Shown: positions 22,172 to 33,623, numbered from the whole stretch's first letter. The stretch: DNA of 61,806 bases, filler included, from 6 parts of 6 records of this genome joined end to end with filler, not necessarily neighbours in it; one strand, 5' to 3'. Made by a program: numbers and translations. The notes: generated from the letters alone by a model not told the origin.

Positions 22172-22906
22172 TTAGAAAAACACATCCGCAGCGGCAATCG
22201 ACACAGACCCTTGAGAGGTTTGCAGGATCAGATTGCCGCTTTCGTCGATCCCCTCAAAGGTGCCTACTGTCTCTTCACGCATGGTGCGAGCGGTAATCAC
22301 CTCGCCAAGCTTCGCAGCATGGGCAAGCCAGGCACGTCGGATCGGGGCAAACCCATGGGTGGTGAATTGCACGTCAAGTGATGCATATTCCCGCGCCAGC
22401 ACATCTAGGAACACCTCGGGCGCAACATCAACGCCCAGATCACGCGCAAGGCTCATCGGTTTCAACGCGCCAGCCTCCAGCACCTCCGCCCCCGGCGCAT
22501 GAACAAGGTTTACGCCAATCCCGATGATCAGATGCTCCCCAGAGCTTTCCAACAGGATGCCCGCCACCTTGCCACCGTTAAGCAAAACATCATTGGGCCA
22601 TTTCAGCGCAAATGCTTCTGGCTGGCCAGTGACCTCGACAAAGGTGCGGTGCAGCGCCAAAGCCGTCACAAATGACCGAAGGGCAGCAACACCCGGCTCT
22701 TCAAGCCGACGCATGATCAGTGTACCGGCAAAGTTACCCCGTGGTGTGGCCCAGGCCCGCCCCCGGCGCCCACGTGCGGCGGTTTGCTCCAACGCGAGGA
22801 TCCATGTCGGGCCAGTCAGCCGCGGCAGCATCCGCGCCGCTTCGGCGAGGGTGCTGTCCACCACATCAAATACACAGCGGTCATATCCTGCGGGCCCGCC
22901 GCTCAT
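22172..22906 (-). CDS. birA: biotin-protein ligase, monofunctional (no HTH)
   Basis: QTAARGRRGRAW, LKWPNDVL, KVAGILLE, GIGVN. Confidence 0.93.
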   Translation of the reverse strand: MSGGPAGYDRCVFDVVDSTLAEAARMLPRLTGPTWILALEQTAARGRRGRAWATPRGNFAGTLIMRRLEEPGVAALRSFVTALALHRTFVEVTGQPEAFALKWPNDVLLNGGKVAGILLESSGEHLIIGIGVNLVHAPGAEVLEAGALKPMSLARDLGVDVAPEVFLDVLAREYASLDVQFTTHGFAPIRRAWLAHAAKLGEVITARTMREETVGTFEGIDESGNLILQTSQGSVSIAAADVFF

Positions 22907-22970
22907 GTGATCCAAGCCGCATTGACGCCGTAAGAGCCGCTGGAAGGAACGGCCTGCACGGGCAGACCGC

Positions 22971-24413
22971 TCAATTCACCAACGCGGCAGCGGCAGACAT
23001 TGCCGCAGTTTCAACACCGAACATATTGATGATCCCGAAGATCATGATCAGCGCTGACGCGGTCAGGAACACCGGCAGGATACGGCCGGACGAACGGTCA
23101 AGTTGTTCGCTCTGCTCTTCGCCGAAATACATATAAAACACGATGCGCAGATAATAATAGGCACCGATCACAGATGCGATCACACCGGCAATCGCCAGCC
23201 AGACCAGACCCGCTTCATATGCAGCACGCAGCACATAAAGCTTGCCGAAAAAGCCCAGCATCGGTGGAACACCGGCCAGCGAAAACAACAGAACCAGCAT
23301 CGACAGGGCCCGCCCCGGATGCGCCTTGGCATACATGTTCAGCGACGCAATATCAGTTACCGGCGCGCCGTCTTTCTGCATCATCAGGATAAAGGCAAAG
23401 GTGCCGACATTCATCGTCACATAGATCGCCATATAGACCAACATCGCATGCACACCAAAGGCAGTTCCCGCGGCCAGCCCCATCAGCGCATACCCCATAT
23501 GCGCGATGGAAGAGAAGGCCATCAGACGTTTGATATTGGTCTGGCCGATCGCAGCAACCGCACCAAGGAACATCGACAGCAAGGACAGCAGCGCGACAAT
23601 CTGGCTCCAGTCGCTGACTGCATTGCCAAAGGCATCATGCATCACGCGGGCAAACAGCGCCATCGCCGCAACCTTGGGGGCAGTGGCAAAGAAGGCGGTG
23701 ACCGGTGTGGGCGACCCTTCATAGACGTCAGGCGTCCACATGTGGAAGGGTACGGCAGAGACTTTGAACGCCATGCCTGAAATCAGGAAGACAATACCCA
23801 GCAGCATCCCAATGGAGGTCTCCCCCCCCTGCGCGGTAGTGATGATGCCAGAGAACAGCGTGGTGCCCGAATAGCCATAGACCAGCGACGCACCATAAAG
23901 CAGCAGGCCGGATGACAGCGCGCCAAGCACGAAGTACTTCAACCCCGCCTCGGTAGAGCGCACGGAGTCGCGGCGCAGCGAGGCCACCACGTAAAGCGCC
24001 AGCGATTGCAGTTCCAACCCCATGTAAAGCGCCATCAGGTCCCCGGCAGAGACCATCATCATCATGCCAACGGCGCTGAGGGCTACGAGAATGGGATATT
24101 CAAACCGCAGCAAACCCCGTGTGCGCATGTAGTTTTCGGACATCACCAGAACCGCCGCTGCGGACAGCAGGATGGTCACCTTGGCAAAACGGGCAAACCC
24201 GTCTTCGATGAACATGCCGTTGAACGCGACGCGCGTCCCCTCGCCCGTGGTGCCGATCCATGCCGCCAAGACGACAAAAACAATCGCCGTGACCCAGACC
24301 AGCATGCCGCCAACCTTGTCTTTGGTGGTGTAAACAGCAACCAGCAGCCCTGCCAGCGCAAAGGCAGACAACAGGATTTCAGGCAGAATGACGTTCAAGT
24401 CTGCGGTAATCAT
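22971..24413 (-). CDS. nuoN: NADH-quinone oxidoreductase subunit N
   Basis: [32 protein letters not shown]. Confidence 0.97.
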   Translation of the reverse strand: MITADLNVILPEILLSAFALAGLLVAVYTTKDKVGGMLVWVTAIVFVVLAAWIGTTGEGTRVAFNGMFIEDGFARFAKVTILLSAAAVLVMSENYMRTRGLLRFEYPILVALSAVGMMMMVSAGDLMALYMGLELQSLALYVVASLRRDSVRSTEAGLKYFVLGALSSGLLLYGASLVYGYSGTTLFSGIITTAQGGETSIGMLLGIVFLISGMAFKVSAVPFHMWTPDVYEGSPTPVTAFFATAPKVAAMALFARVMHDAFGNAVSDWSQIVALLSLLSMFLGAVAAIGQTNIKRLMAFSSIAHMGYALMGLAAGTAFGVHAMLVYMAIYVTMNVGTFAFILMMQKDGAPVTDIASLNMYAKAHPGRALSMLVLLFSLAGVPPMLGFFGKLYVLRAAYEAGLVWLAIAGVIASVIGAYYYLRIVFYMYFGEEQSEQLDRSSGRILPVFLTASALIMIFGIINMFGVETAAMSAAAALVN

Positions 24414-24424
24414 CGCATCTATCC

Positions 24425-25987
24425 TTAGTGTGAAGCAGCGGCGGATTGGACGGTGGTATCAGCCGCCTCTACCGCGCTTGCGTAATTCTCAACCAGCGCC
24501 GACACCGACGGTCCGATCATATCCAGCACCAGCGCCGGATAGACGCCCAACAACAGGGTCATCGCCACCAGCGGTGCCATAATCCATTTCTCGCGGGCGC
24601 TCATGTCCTTGATGCCTTTCAGGCTTTCCTTGATCAGCTCACCCAGAACCACGCGGCGATACAACCACAAGGCATAGGCCGCAGAGAAGATCACCCCGGT
24701 TGCGGCCACGGCAGCCACCCAGGTGTTCACCTGGAAGACAGCAACCAATGTCAGGAATTCACCGACAAAACCAGAAGTGCCGGGAAGACCAACGTTGGCC
24801 ATGGTGAAGAACAGGAAGATCAACGCATAGACAGGCATCCGGTTGACCAGACCACCATAGGCGTCAATCTCGCGGGTATGCATCCGATCATAGATAACGC
24901 CCACCGCAAGGAACAGCGCGCCTGAGATAAAGCCGTGGCTGATCATCTGGAAGATCGCGCCATCGACCCCCTGTTGGTTGGCAGCAAAGATACCCATGGT
25001 CACAAACCCCATATGGGCAACCGATGAATAGGCAATCAGCTTTTTCATGTCTTCCTGCACCAGTGCCACCAGCGAGGTATAGACAATCGCAATCGCCGAC
25101 ATCCACAGCACCAGCGGTGCCATCACGTCAGCCCCCACAGGGAACATCGGCAGCGAGAACCTCAGGAAACCGTAGCCGCCCATTTTCAACAGGATCGCCG
25201 CCAGCACCACCGAACCCGCGGTCGGGGCCTGCACGTGCGCGTCGGGCAACCAAGTATGCACCGGCCACATCGGCATTTTCACCGCGAAGCTGGCAAAGAA
25301 GGCCAGGAACATCAGCGTTTGCATGCCGCCGACGATCTGGATGCCGAGGACAGAGAAGCTTTCATAGCCGAACTGGTGGTTCAGCAAGCTGATGTCACAG
25401 CCGCCGATACAGGTGGTGCCTGCATCCGCAAACATCGCCACCATGGCTACCAGCATCAAAACCGAACCAAGGAAGGTATAAAGGAAGAACTTGAAGCTCG
25501 CATAGATACGGTTCGCCCCGCCCCAAATACCGATGATCAGGAACATCGGGATCAGCCCGGCCTCAAAGAACAGGTAGAACAGGATCAGGTCCAGCGCCAT
25601 GAAGACGCCCAGCATCAGCGTTTCCAGCAGCAGGAAGGCGATCATATATTCCTTGACCCGCTTGTCCACATTCCAGGAGGCGGCAATCACCAGCGGCATC
25701 ATGAAGGTGGTCAGCATCACAAAGAGTACCGAAATGCCGTCAACGCCAAGCCGGTACTTCAACCCCAGCAGCCATTCGGCTTCGGTGACAAACTGGAAAC
25801 CGGGATCCTGCGGATCAAATTCAAACAGCACAAACAGCGAGATCACAAAAGTCGCCGTTGTGGTGATCAGTGCCAGCCACTTGGCATTACGCTGAGCCGC
25901 GGCATCGTCCCCGCGCAGGAAAATCGCCAGAATCGCAGCCGCCAAAGCCGGCAAAAACGTGATAATGGAAAGCAGGTGGGTATCCAT
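24425..25987 (-). CDS. nuoM: NADH-quinone oxidoreductase subunit M
   Basis: [37 protein letters not shown]; start overlaps the nuoL stop (TAATG). Confidence 0.97.
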   Translation of the reverse strand: MDTHLLSIITFLPALAAAILAIFLRGDDAAAQRNAKWLALITTTATFVISLFVLFEFDPQDPGFQFVTEAEWLLGLKYRLGVDGISVLFVMLTTFMMPLVIAASWNVDKRVKEYMIAFLLLETLMLGVFMALDLILFYLFFEAGLIPMFLIIGIWGGANRIYASFKFFLYTFLGSVLMLVAMVAMFADAGTTCIGGCDISLLNHQFGYESFSVLGIQIVGGMQTLMFLAFFASFAVKMPMWPVHTWLPDAHVQAPTAGSVVLAAILLKMGGYGFLRFSLPMFPVGADVMAPLVLWMSAIAIVYTSLVALVQEDMKKLIAYSSVAHMGFVTMGIFAANQQGVDGAIFQMISHGFISGALFLAVGVIYDRMHTREIDAYGGLVNRMPVYALIFLFFTMANVGLPGTSGFVGEFLTLVAVFQVNTWVAAVAATGVIFSAAYALWLYRRVVLGELIKESLKGIKDMSAREKWIMAPLVAMTLLLGVYPALVLDMIGPSVSALVENYASAVEAADTTVQSAAASH

Positions 25988-28086
25988 TAGTGCGCCCCTC
26001 CGGACATCGTCATCCATGTCACCAGCACCGCGATGCCGATCACCATGGCGAAAGCATAGGTGAAGATATAGCCAGACTGCGCCTTACCGGCGAGCCGTGT
26101 GAAAAACGGGACAATGCTCATGGCAATGCCGTTCAGCGTACCGTCGATGACATTGCCATCGCCGCGCTTCCAGAAGAACCGGCCAATCGCCTTGGCGGGT
26201 CTGACAAAGATCACATCGTAAATCTCGTCAAAGTACCATTTGTTCAGGAAGAACTGATAAAGCGGCTGCTGGTTCTCGGCCAGACGTCTGGGTAGGCTTG
26301 GGTTCCAGATGTAGAACCACAGCGCCATGATCAGGCCAAACAACATCGCTATGAACGGGGCGACCTTGACCCATTTGGGGGCAGAATGCGCATCCTCAAG
26401 CACGTGGTTGTCCGGGCCAAAGTACAAGGCCCCCTCGCCCGGCGCACCGCCAAAGGCCGCGTGATGCCCCTCTTCGCTGCCATGCCCATCCTCAGATTTG
26501 CCATGGCTGTCTTCTGCGCCGCTGGCATGGTTGTCAGACCCTTCGGCCATTTCCACCAGCGGAATATTGTAGAAGTCAGCAACATATTTGTGATCACCAA
26601 AGAACGGCTTGAACCAGATCATTCCGGCAAAGATCGCTCCCAGCGCCAACACGCCCAAAGGCACCAACATTACCATCGGACTTTCATGGGCATGCTCATG
26701 CGTATGCTTGTCGCCACGCGCCGTGCCATAGAAAGTCAGGAAGATCAGACGCCAGCTGTAGAAGCTGGTCATCGCCGCAGCCACCACCAGCATCCAGAAA
26801 CCATACATGGAACCACCGGCCCAAGCGCTTTCGATGATCGCATCCTTGGAAAGGAAACCGGCAAAGCCGAAATGCGTCAGCGGGATACCAACACCGGTGA
26901 TCGCCAAGGTGCCGATCATCATCGCCGCAAAGGTGTAAGGGATCTTTTTGCGCAGCGCGCCATAGTTGCGCATGTCCTGCTCGTGGTGCATCGCGTGGAT
27001 GACCGACCCGGCACCAAGGAACAACATCGCCTTAAAGAAAGCGTGGGTGAACAGGTGGAACATCGCGGCGGAATACATGCCAACCCCTGCAGCAACGAAC
27101 ATATAGCCCAGCTGCGAACAGGTGGAATAGGCGATAACGCGTTTAATGTCAGTCTGCACCAGCCCAACAGTCGCCGCAAAGAATGCTGTGGTGGCACCGA
27201 TCACCGTCACAAACATCATAGCTTCGGGCGCAAACTCCATCAAAGGCGACATGCGGCACACGAGGAAGACACCCGCGGTCACCATGGTTGCGGCGTGGAT
27301 CAGAGCGGAAACAGGTGTCGGCCCCTCCATCGCGTCCGGCAACCAGGTATGCAGAAACAGCTGTGCCGATTTACCCATCGCACCGACAAACAGCAGGAAG
27401 GCAATCAGGTTCGCCGCATTCCACTCTGTCCACAGAAAGCCGATGGTCTGTTCAGCCAGATCAGGGGCAGCAGCAAAAATATCATCAAACTTGATGCTGT
27501 CCGTCATAAAGTACAGCGCCATGATCCCCAGGATAAAGCCAAAGTCCCCCACTCGGTTGACGACAAAGGCCTTGATCGCGGCGGCATTGGCGCTGGGTTT
27601 CTTGTAATAAAAGCCGATCAGCAGATAAGATGCGACGCCCACACCTTCCCAGCCAAAGAACATCTGGATCAGGTTGTCCGCAGTCACCAGCATTAACATC
27701 GCAAAGGTAAAAAACGACAGATAGGCAAAGAAACGTGCGCGGTAGTTTTCACCCTCGCCGGTGAAATTCTCGTCATGTGCCATATAGCCAAAGGAATAAA
27801 GGTGCACGAGCGCTGAAACCGTGGTCACCACAATCAACATGATCGCAGTCAGACGGTCCATGCGGATCGCCCAATCGGTGCTGAGCGTGCCGGATTCAAT
27901 AAAGCGCAGGATCTGGATATGTTCGGTTGGGCCGTCCAGTGTCAGGAAAACAACCCAGGACAGGGCCGCCGCCAGAAACAACAAACCGGTTGTCAGCCAT
28001 TGCGCGGCTGGCTCGCCGATGATCTTCCAGCCGAAACCAGCGATGATGGCACCAACAAGCGGGGCAAAGAGGATGATGGTTTCCAT
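25987..28086 (-). CDS. nuoL: NADH-quinone oxidoreductase subunit L
   Basis: GWEGVG, GKSAQ...[22 protein letters not shown]. Confidence 0.98.
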   Translation of the reverse strand: METIILFAPLVGAIIAGFGWKIIGEPAAQWLTTGLLFLAAALSWVVFLTLDGPTEHIQILRFIESGTLSTDWAIRMDRLTAIMLIVVTTVSALVHLYSFGYMAHDENFTGEGENYRARFFAYLSFFTFAMLMLVTADNLIQMFFGWEGVGVASYLLIGFYYKKPSANAAAIKAFVVNRVGDFGFILGIMALYFMTDSIKFDDIFAAAPDLAEQTIGFLWTEWNAANLIAFLLFVGAMGKSAQLFLHTWLPDAMEGPTPVSALIHAATMVTAGVFLVCRMSPLMEFAPEAMMFVTVIGATTAFFAATVGLVQTDIKRVIAYSTCSQLGYMFVAAGVGMYSAAMFHLFTHAFFKAMLFLGAGSVIHAMHHEQDMRNYGALRKKIPYTFAAMMIGTLAITGVGIPLTHFGFAGFLSKDAIIESAWAGGSMYGFWMLVVAAAMTSFYSWRLIFLTFYGTARGDKHTHEHAHESPMVMLVPLGVLALGAIFAGMIWFKPFFGDHKYVADFYNIPLVEMAEGSDNHASGAEDSHGKSEDGHGSEEGHHAAFGGAPGEGALYFGPDNHVLEDAHSAPKWVKVAPFIAMLFGLIMALWFYIWNPSLPRRLAENQQPLYQFFLNKWYFDEIYDVIFVRPAKAIGRFFWKRGDGNVIDGTLNGIAMSIVPFFTRLAGKAQSGYIFTYAFAMVIGIAVLVTWMTMSGGAH

Positions 28087-28090
28087 GTGG

Positions 28091-28396
28091 TTAGCCCTTC
28101 ATCACATTGACATCCTCAACCGCGATCGTGCCACGGTTGCGGAAGAAACAAACAAGGATCGCAAGACCAATCGCGGCCTCTGCGGCGGCAACGGTCAGCA
28201 CGAAAAGCGTAAAGACCTGCCCCACCAGATCCCCAAGGAAACTGGAAAAGGCGACCAGATTGATGTTCACCGCCAAGAGCATCAGTTCGATACTCATCAA
28301 CAGGATGATCACGTTTTTCCGGTTCAGGAATAGCCCGAAGATGCCGATGACAAAAAGCGTTGCCGCCACTGTCAGGTAATGTTCAAGTCCGATCAT
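28091..28396 (-). CDS. nuoK: NADH-quinone oxidoreductase subunit K
   Basis: [22 protein letters not shown]. Confidence 0.97.
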   Translation of the reverse strand: MIGLEHYLTVAATLFVIGIFGLFLNRKNVIILLMSIELMLLAVNINLVAFSSFLGDLVGQVFTLFVLTVAAAEAAIGLAILVCFFRNRGTIAVEDVNVMKG

Positions 28397-28421
28397 CGTT
28401 CACTGTCTTTCCGTCGTTGTT

Positions 28422-28464
28422 CGTTTTCTTCAAAAGAAAACGGTAGGAATTTTCAAAAATTCCT
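28422..28464. repeat. AT-rich double-hairpin element between nuoJ and nuoK
   Basis: CGTTTTCTT-CAA-AAGAAAACG followed by AGGAATTT-TCAA-AAATTCCT. Confidence 0.6.
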
Positions 28465-28470
28465 GGTCCC

Positions 28471-29073
28471 TCAAAGCCCTTGCCCAGGCTTCACATCTTT
28501 CAGTTCCATCGTTTTGGCCGGATCGCGCATCATCTGCGCAACCACGTCCTGACGTTTGACATCCACACGGTGGCGCAGGGTCAATACAATCGCACCGATC
28601 ATCGCCACAAGCAGGATCAGCCCCGCCAGTTGGAAGATCAGAAAATACTCATCATAAAGGATCAGACCCAATGCCGCAGTGTTCTGAACATCTACATCCG
28701 TCACCTGCGTGCGCAGACCTTCAGCCGCCGCATTGCTTTCCCATGCACCAAACGCCATCACAAACTGCATCAGGATGATCATCCCGATCAGCAAGGCCAA
28801 CGGCAGGTATTTGGCCATTTCGGCCTTCAATTCTGCAAAATCAACATCCAGCATCATAACGACAAACAGGAACAAGACCGCCACCGCGCCGACATAGACG
28901 ATGATCAACAACATCGCGACAAATTCAGCCCCAAGCAGGACAAACAGCCCGGCTGACGACAGGAAAGACAGGATCAACCAGAGCACGGAATGCACCGGAT
29001 TGCGGCTGACAACGGTGAACAATCCACCGGTAATCACGCAAATCGAAAACAGATAAAATGCAAAAACAATCAT
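28471..29073 (-). CDS. nuoJ: NADH-quinone oxidoreductase subunit J
   Basis: NPVHSVL, AEF...[26 protein letters not shown]. Confidence 0.97.
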   Translation of the reverse strand: MIVFAFYLFSICVITGGLFTVVSRNPVHSVLWLILSFLSSAGLFVLLGAEFVAMLLIIVYVGAVAVLFLFVVMMLDVDFAELKAEMAKYLPLALLIGMIILMQFVMAFGAWESNAAAEGLRTQVTDVDVQNTAALGLILYDEYFLIFQLAGLILLVAMIGAIVLTLRHRVDVKRQDVVAQMMRDPAKTMELKDVKPGQGL

Positions 29074-29501
29074 GCTTCGCCGCCCTTCATGTTGTCGCCC
29101 TTCATGTCGTTATCTTTCTCGTCCATGGCCTGATTGGCCAGTTCCGTTGCCCGGGTCATCGCCGGCAGCCCTGCAAAAACCGACATCTGCGCAATGGTTT
29201 CGGTCACATGCTGCCGGGTCGCCCCTGCCTCAATCGCATGGCGCACAGTCTGACGGATCGCAACATCATTTTGTGCGCCCTGCATTGTCAGCCCGGCCAG
29301 CGTCAGCAAAAGCCGCGTGCGCGCGTCCAGCCCCCCGGCGTTCAGCCCGTTGCCGAACATCATTTCCATCATGTCCTTGGGCATCGTGCCCATCATCGCC
29401 TCAAATACCTTGGGCGAAAACGCATCCATCCCCGGCATTGCCTTGGCCATTTCCTGCGCCTGCTTCATCATCGCTTCGAAAGGGTTGCTTTGATCACTCA
29501 T
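29070..29501 (-). CDS. carboxymuconolactone decarboxylase (CMD/AhpD-like) family protein
   Basis: [14 protein letters not shown]...[16 protein letters not shown]...FAGLPA; ATGA overlaps on both sides. Confidence 0.85.
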   Translation of the reverse strand: MSDQSNPFEAMMKQAQEMAKAMPGMDAFSPKVFEAMMGTMPKDMMEMMFGNGLNAGGLDARTRLLLTLAGLTMQGAQNDVAIRQTVRHAIEAGATRQHVTETIAQMSVFAGLPAMTRATELANQAMDEKDNDMKGDNMKGGEA

Positions 29502-29896
29502 GCGCTTTCCTCGGCTTCAAAAACCTCCAGGGCGGCATTCAATGCGTTGATCATCGCCGGAAACCCACCATAAAGCGTCATTTGAAAAATGATCTCGCTG
29601 ATTTCCTCGCGGCTGGCGCCGACGGCCCGCGCGCTGGCGATATTCACCTTCAACTGCGGCTTGGTCTGCCCGCCCAAAGCGGTCAAGGCAGCGATTGTCG
29701 CCAATAGCCGCGTCTTTTCATCAACCGTGCCCCGTGCATAGAACTGGCCATAGGCCACATCCACAACCGTATGAGCCAACCCGGGCACCAACGCGTCATA
29801 GCGCGCGCGCAACGCGTCTTCCATCCCAGGATTCACCTGTTCGGAAAGCGCTTTGCCCCGCGCGTAGCTGTCAGTTTGTGGCGCATCAAGGCTCAT
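29498..29896 (-). CDS. carboxymuconolactone decarboxylase (CMD) family protein
   Basis: YGQFYARG...[11 protein letters not shown]...GASREEISE...YGGFPA. Confidence 0.87.
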   Translation of the reverse strand: MSLDAPQTDSYARGKALSEQVNPGMEDALRARYDALVPGLAHTVVDVAYGQFYARGTVDEKTRLLATIAALTALGGQTKPQLKVNIASARAVGASREEISEIIFQMTLYGGFPAMINALNAALEVFEAEESA

Positions 29897-30100
29897 CGGT
29901 AGGGCGCATCCATTTCAAGGTTGCGGGCAATCTCGGCTTCCCAGCGGGCACCATTGTCCAGCAGTTTATCCTTGTCGTAATAAAGCTCTTCACGGGTCTC
30001 TGTCGAAAACTCGAAGTTCGGCCCTTCGACAATCGCATCCACAGGACAGGCTTCCTGACAGAAACCGCAATAGATGCATTTGGTCATGTCGATGTCGTAG
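29893..30100 (-). CDS. nuoI: NADH-quinone oxidoreductase subunit I, C-terminal fragment
   Basis: [23 protein letters not shown]...DAPYR. Confidence 0.96.
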
Positions 30101-30200
30101 NNNNNNNNNNNNNNNNNNNNNNNNNNNNNNNNNNNNNNNNNNNNTTAATTAATTAANNNNNNNNNNNNNNNNNNNNNNNNNNNNNNNNNNNNNNNNNNNN
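30101..30200. other. artificial contig linker
   Basis: N-run, TTAATTAATTAA, N-run. Confidence 0.99.
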
Positions 30201-30444
30201 CAGCCGGATCGAGATGGAATACGGCCTGCCGGTGCGTTTCGAGGCCAGCCAGTTCACCTCGGCCCGCTGGGTGCATGGCGACAAGGCGGCGGTGGAGAAA
30301 TTCGCCACCGCCAACAAGCAGCACATCGCCCACGACAACGACGGCGACGTCGTCTACATGACGCGGCTGCAATGGGACATCGACCGGGTGGAGCGGGACT
30401 ATCCCGACTTGAAACTCTCCTCGACCAAGGAAATGATGGTTTGA
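30201..30444 (+). CDS. prfC: peptide chain release factor 3, C-terminal fragment (second organism)
   Basis: EYGLPVRFE...RLQWDIDRVERDYPD...TKEMMV, near-identical to the prfC tail ending at 16959. Confidence 0.93.
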
Positions 30445-30510
30445 GACCGCGGGCGCCCCTTACCGGGCGCCCGTTTTGGTTGGACAAGGCAATAAGACAG
30501 GCGCAGGCAC

Positions 30511-31464
30511 ATGCAGGACCGATCGGTGACCGCAAAATGGGGCCTCGTCGCGACGCTCAAGGCTGAGCCCCCCGCGATACTGGACTTTTGCGCCTGGCAT
30601 CTGGAACAGGGCGCGCATCGTCTGTTTCTCTACCTGGATGCCCCCTGCCCCGCGGTGCTGCCGCATCTGAAGGCCCACCCCAAGATCCGGGTGATCGAGA
30701 CGGATGCCGCCCATTGGCAAAAACGCCGAGGCCGGGTGCCGCAGAAACATCAGGTCCGGCAGAGCCTCAACGCCACCCGTGCCTATCGCCGGCAGGCGGG
30801 CGACCTGGACTGGCTGATCCATATTGATGTGGACGAGTTTCTCTGGTCGCAAACCCCAATCCATTCACATCTTGGGGCGCTGCCGCCGGACGTGCTCTGC
30901 GCCCGCGTACGGCCACTGGAATCACTGGCGGGTGGCCAGGACGTCTTCAAGGCGCGCATCCCCCAATCCCCCGAGCAGGAAACTGTGGCAGCGCGGCTCT
31001 ATCCGCAATTCGGGCCCTACCTGCGGGGGGGATTCATCAGCCATGTGCAGGGAAAGCTGTTTGTGCGCACCGGCCTCGACGACGTCGACCTGCGCATCCA
31101 CAATGTCTATGTGGACGCGCAAGAAAACCCCGCCGCGACAGAGCTGGCGGACGTCGACCTCTGCCATCTGCATGCCACGGACTGGACCCACTGGCTGCAG
31201 CACTATCGCTATCGGCTGAAGAAAGGCTCCTACCGGTCGGAGCTGCGCCCCTCCGGCGCCCGCGCCGCGGCTGGCGTCACCCTGCATCAGCTTCTGTCGC
31301 AGATCGAATCAGATCGGGGCGAGGCCGGCCTGCGCGCCTTCTTCGACGAGATCTGCGCCGACAGTCCGGATTTGCGCACCAAATTGGACGCAGAAGGGCT
31401 GTTGCGGCGGCGTGACCTGCCGTTGACACAGCTCCGCCGGAAACATTTCACACGATTTAGCTGA
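30511..31464 (+). CDS. GT-A fold glycosyltransferase (family 2/92-like)
   Basis: WLIHIDVDEF; ortholog of 16956..17876; start could be GTG 30526. Confidence 0.8.
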   Translation: MQDRSVTAKWGLVATLKAEPPAILDFCAWHLEQGAHRLFLYLDAPCPAVLPHLKAHPKIRVIETDAAHWQKRRGRVPQKHQVRQSLNATRAYRRQAGDLDWLIHIDVDEFLWSQTPIHSHLGALPPDVLCARVRPLESLAGGQDVFKARIPQSPEQETVAARLYPQFGPYLRGGFISHVQGKLFVRTGLDDVDLRIHNVYVDAQENPAATELADVDLCHLHATDWTHWLQHYRYRLKKGSYRSELRPSGARAAAGVTLHQLLSQIESDRGEAGLRAFFDEICADSPDLRTKLDAEGLLRRRDLPLTQLRRKHFTRFS

Positions 31465-31530
31465 AATGTTCCCGAAATACTGCAAATCCCTCGGGGCATT
31501 CACAGATCTGCGCCGCGGTATCGCGATCAT

Positions 31531-31559
31531 TTGACCGTATCTCGCAATTTTGCTATGTG
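31531..31559 (+). promoter_or_regulatory. sigma70-type promoter of the DEAD-box helicase gene
   Basis: TTGACC-17 nt-TATGTG, conserved with 17910-17938. Confidence 0.65.
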
Positions 31560-31657
31560 CCCTGCATCCGGGGACTCCTGCATGGGCAAGGGTCCGACTG
31601 ATACCGGCATAGAGACACACGCGCGGGCCAGGTCAGTGTCCGCAAAAACGGACGCAT

Positions 31658-33169
31658 ATGACAAAATTCACCGATCTGAACCTGAATCCAAAGGTCCTCA
31701 AAGCGATTGAGGAAGCAGGATACGAAAATCCGACCCCGATTCAGTCGGGTGCCATTCCAGCCGCACTGGAAGGGCGCGATGTCCTCGGGATCGCTCAGAC
31801 CGGCACCGGCAAGACGGCCTCCTTCACCCTGCCGATGATCACCCGTCTGGCGCGTGGGCGCGCGCGGGCGCGGATGCCACGGTCGCTGGTGCTGTGCCCC
31901 ACACGGGAGCTGGCCGCACAGGTTGCCGAGAACTTCGACACCTACGCCAAACACGTGAAACTGACGAAGGCGCTGCTGATTGGCGGCGTGTCCTTCAAGG
32001 AGCAGGACGCGGCGATCGACCGTGGCGTCGACGTGCTGATCGCCACTCCGGGCCGCCTCCTGGACCATTTCGAACGCGGCAAGCTGTTGCTGACCGGAAT
32101 CGAAATCATGGTGGTGGACGAGGCCGACCGGATGCTCGACATGGGTTTCATCCCGGACATCGAACGCATCTTCTCGCTGACCCCCTTCACCCGCCAGACA
32201 CTGTTCTTCTCCGCCACCATGGCGCCGGAGATCGAGCGCATCACCAACACCTTCCTGTCCGGCCCCGAGCGGGTGGAAATTGCGCGGCAAGCGACCACCT
32301 CCGAGACCATCGAACAGGCCGTGGTGATGTTCAAAGCGTCCCGCAAGGACCGCGAAGCGACCGAGAAACGCCGGGTCCTGCGCGAGCTGATCGATCAGGA
32401 AGGCGACGGCATCAAGAACGCCATCATCTTCTGTAACCGCAAGACCGACGTCGATATGGTGGCCAAGTCGCTGAAGAAATACGGCTATGACGCAGCGCCG
32501 ATCCACGGCGATCTGGACCAGAGCCAGCGCACACGCACCCTCGACGGGTTCCGCGAAGGCGCGCTGAAGTTCCTCATCGCCTCCGATGTGGCGGCGCGTG
32601 GTCTGGATGTGCCCTCTGTGAGCCATGTGATCAACTTTGACGTGCCCGGTCACGCCGAGGACTACGTTCACCGCATCGGCCGCACCGGCCGCGCCGGACG
32701 TGACGGCAAGGCGATCACCATCTGCACTCCGCGCGACGAGAAAGCGCTGGATGCGGTCGAAGGCCTGGTGCAAAAGCAGATCACCCGCCTGGAGAACCCA
32801 GTGAAGCCAGCAGCCCGCAAAGCCGCTGCCCCGGCAGAGGACTCCACGGACACGGCGAAGCCAAAACCGACCCGTCGCAGCCGCAGCAAGCCTGCCGCCC
32901 AAAAGCCCGACACCAGCACCAGCCCCGCCGAAGCCAATCCTGTTGCAGAGGTCGAACAACCGCAGCAGGCGCCTGTGCAAGCGGTCCAGGAAAAACCTGC
33001 AAGGTCGCAAGATCGGCCACAGCAGGATGCCGGCACCGGAAGCAAGCCCAATAAATCCCGATCCTCCCGTGGGCGTCGGGATGATCGCCGCGACGAGAAG
33101 GTCGTGGGCATGGGCGACCATATGCCCAGCTTCATTGCGCTGAGCTTTGACGAGCGTCGCGCCGGCTGA
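31658..33169 (+). CDS. DEAD-box ATP-dependent RNA helicase (RhlE-like)
   Basis: All DEAD-box motifs present; ortholog of 18036..19631. Confidence 0.95.
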   Translation: MTKFTDLNLNPKVLKAIEEAGYENPTPIQSGAIPAALEGRDVLGIAQTGTGKTASFTLPMITRLARGRARARMPRSLVLCPTRELAAQVAENFDTYAKHVKLTKALLIGGVSFKEQDAAIDRGVDVLIATPGRLLDHFERGKLLLTGIEIMVVDEADRMLDMGFIPDIERIFSLTPFTRQTLFFSATMAPEIERITNTFLSGPERVEIARQATTSETIEQAVVMFKASRKDREATEKRRVLRELIDQEGDGIKNAIIFCNRKTDVDMVAKSLKKYGYDAAPIHGDLDQSQRTRTLDGFREGALKFLIASDVAARGLDVPSVSHVINFDVPGHAEDYVHRIGRTGRAGRDGKAITICTPRDEKALDAVEGLVQKQITRLENPVKPAARKAAAPAEDSTDTAKPKPTRRSRSKPAAQKPDTSTSPAEANPVAEVEQPQQAPVQAVQEKPARSQDRPQQDAGTGSKPNKSRSSRGRRDDRRDEKVVGMGDHMPSFIALSFDERRAG

Positions 33170-33191
33170 TCCGACCAAACACCTTGATCTG

Positions 33192-33224
33192 AAAACCGCC
33201 CTGCCCTTGGCACGGGCGTTTTTT
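33192..33224 (+). terminator. terminator after the helicase gene
   Basis: CGCCCTGCC-CTT-GGCACGGGCG followed by TTTTTT. Confidence 0.7.
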
Positions 33225-33347
33225 CTATGCCGATCACCCCGATGCCGCGTTGCAGCAGCGGCATAGCGGGATTGCCAAGCTATGCGATGTGCACAGGCCG
33301 ATGATGGACTAAATACCGGGCATCAAATGAATACCCAAGGTGATGTT

Positions 33348-33521
33348 ATGGACCTGCGATCAACTGCCCCGCTCCTGAGCGACGACTTGAAAGAAATCGA
33401 ACTCCGCGCCCGCCGTATGCGTGCAGAAGCTTTTGCGGCGATGTTTTCCGCAATCGGCTCCGCATTGGTCCGCTCGATCAAGGCCCCGGCCCTGATCTTC
33501 AGCCGTCCCCGCGCAGCCTGA
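33348..33521 (+). CDS. 57-aa small protein resembling the RSP_7527 family
   Basis: AAGGTG RBS; EIELRARRMRAEAFAAMF motif recalled from Rhodobacteraceae small proteins; terminators on both sides. Confidence 0.6.
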   Translation: MDLRSTAPLLSDDLKEIELRARRMRAEAFAAMFSAIGSALVRSIKAPALIFSRPRAA

Positions 33522-33566
33522 GTTCAACTCGACCAGACGTGGCGTGCACGACCGCGCCCGACTGAC

Positions 33567-33602
33567 GAAAAACGCCCGGACCTGATCGGTCCGGGCGTTT
33601 TC
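33567..33602. terminator. bidirectional terminator
   Basis: AAAAACGCCCGGACC-TGATC-GGTCCGGGCGTTTT. Confidence 0.85.
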
Positions 33603-33623
33603 TGTTCCAGAGGCCTATACCTC

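Noticed and set aside
26461..26550. His-rich loop in NuoL
   Set aside because: Low-complexity His/Gly/Glu loops at this position are, to my knowledge, common in Rhodobacteraceae NuoL
31553..33178. 541-aa antisense ORF over the helicase, and similar long ones at 26386-27696, 36729-38153 and 47847-48572
   Set aside because: Shadow frames of conserved genes caused by codon bias; no recognisable motifs, and the helicase one is broken in the orthologous contig
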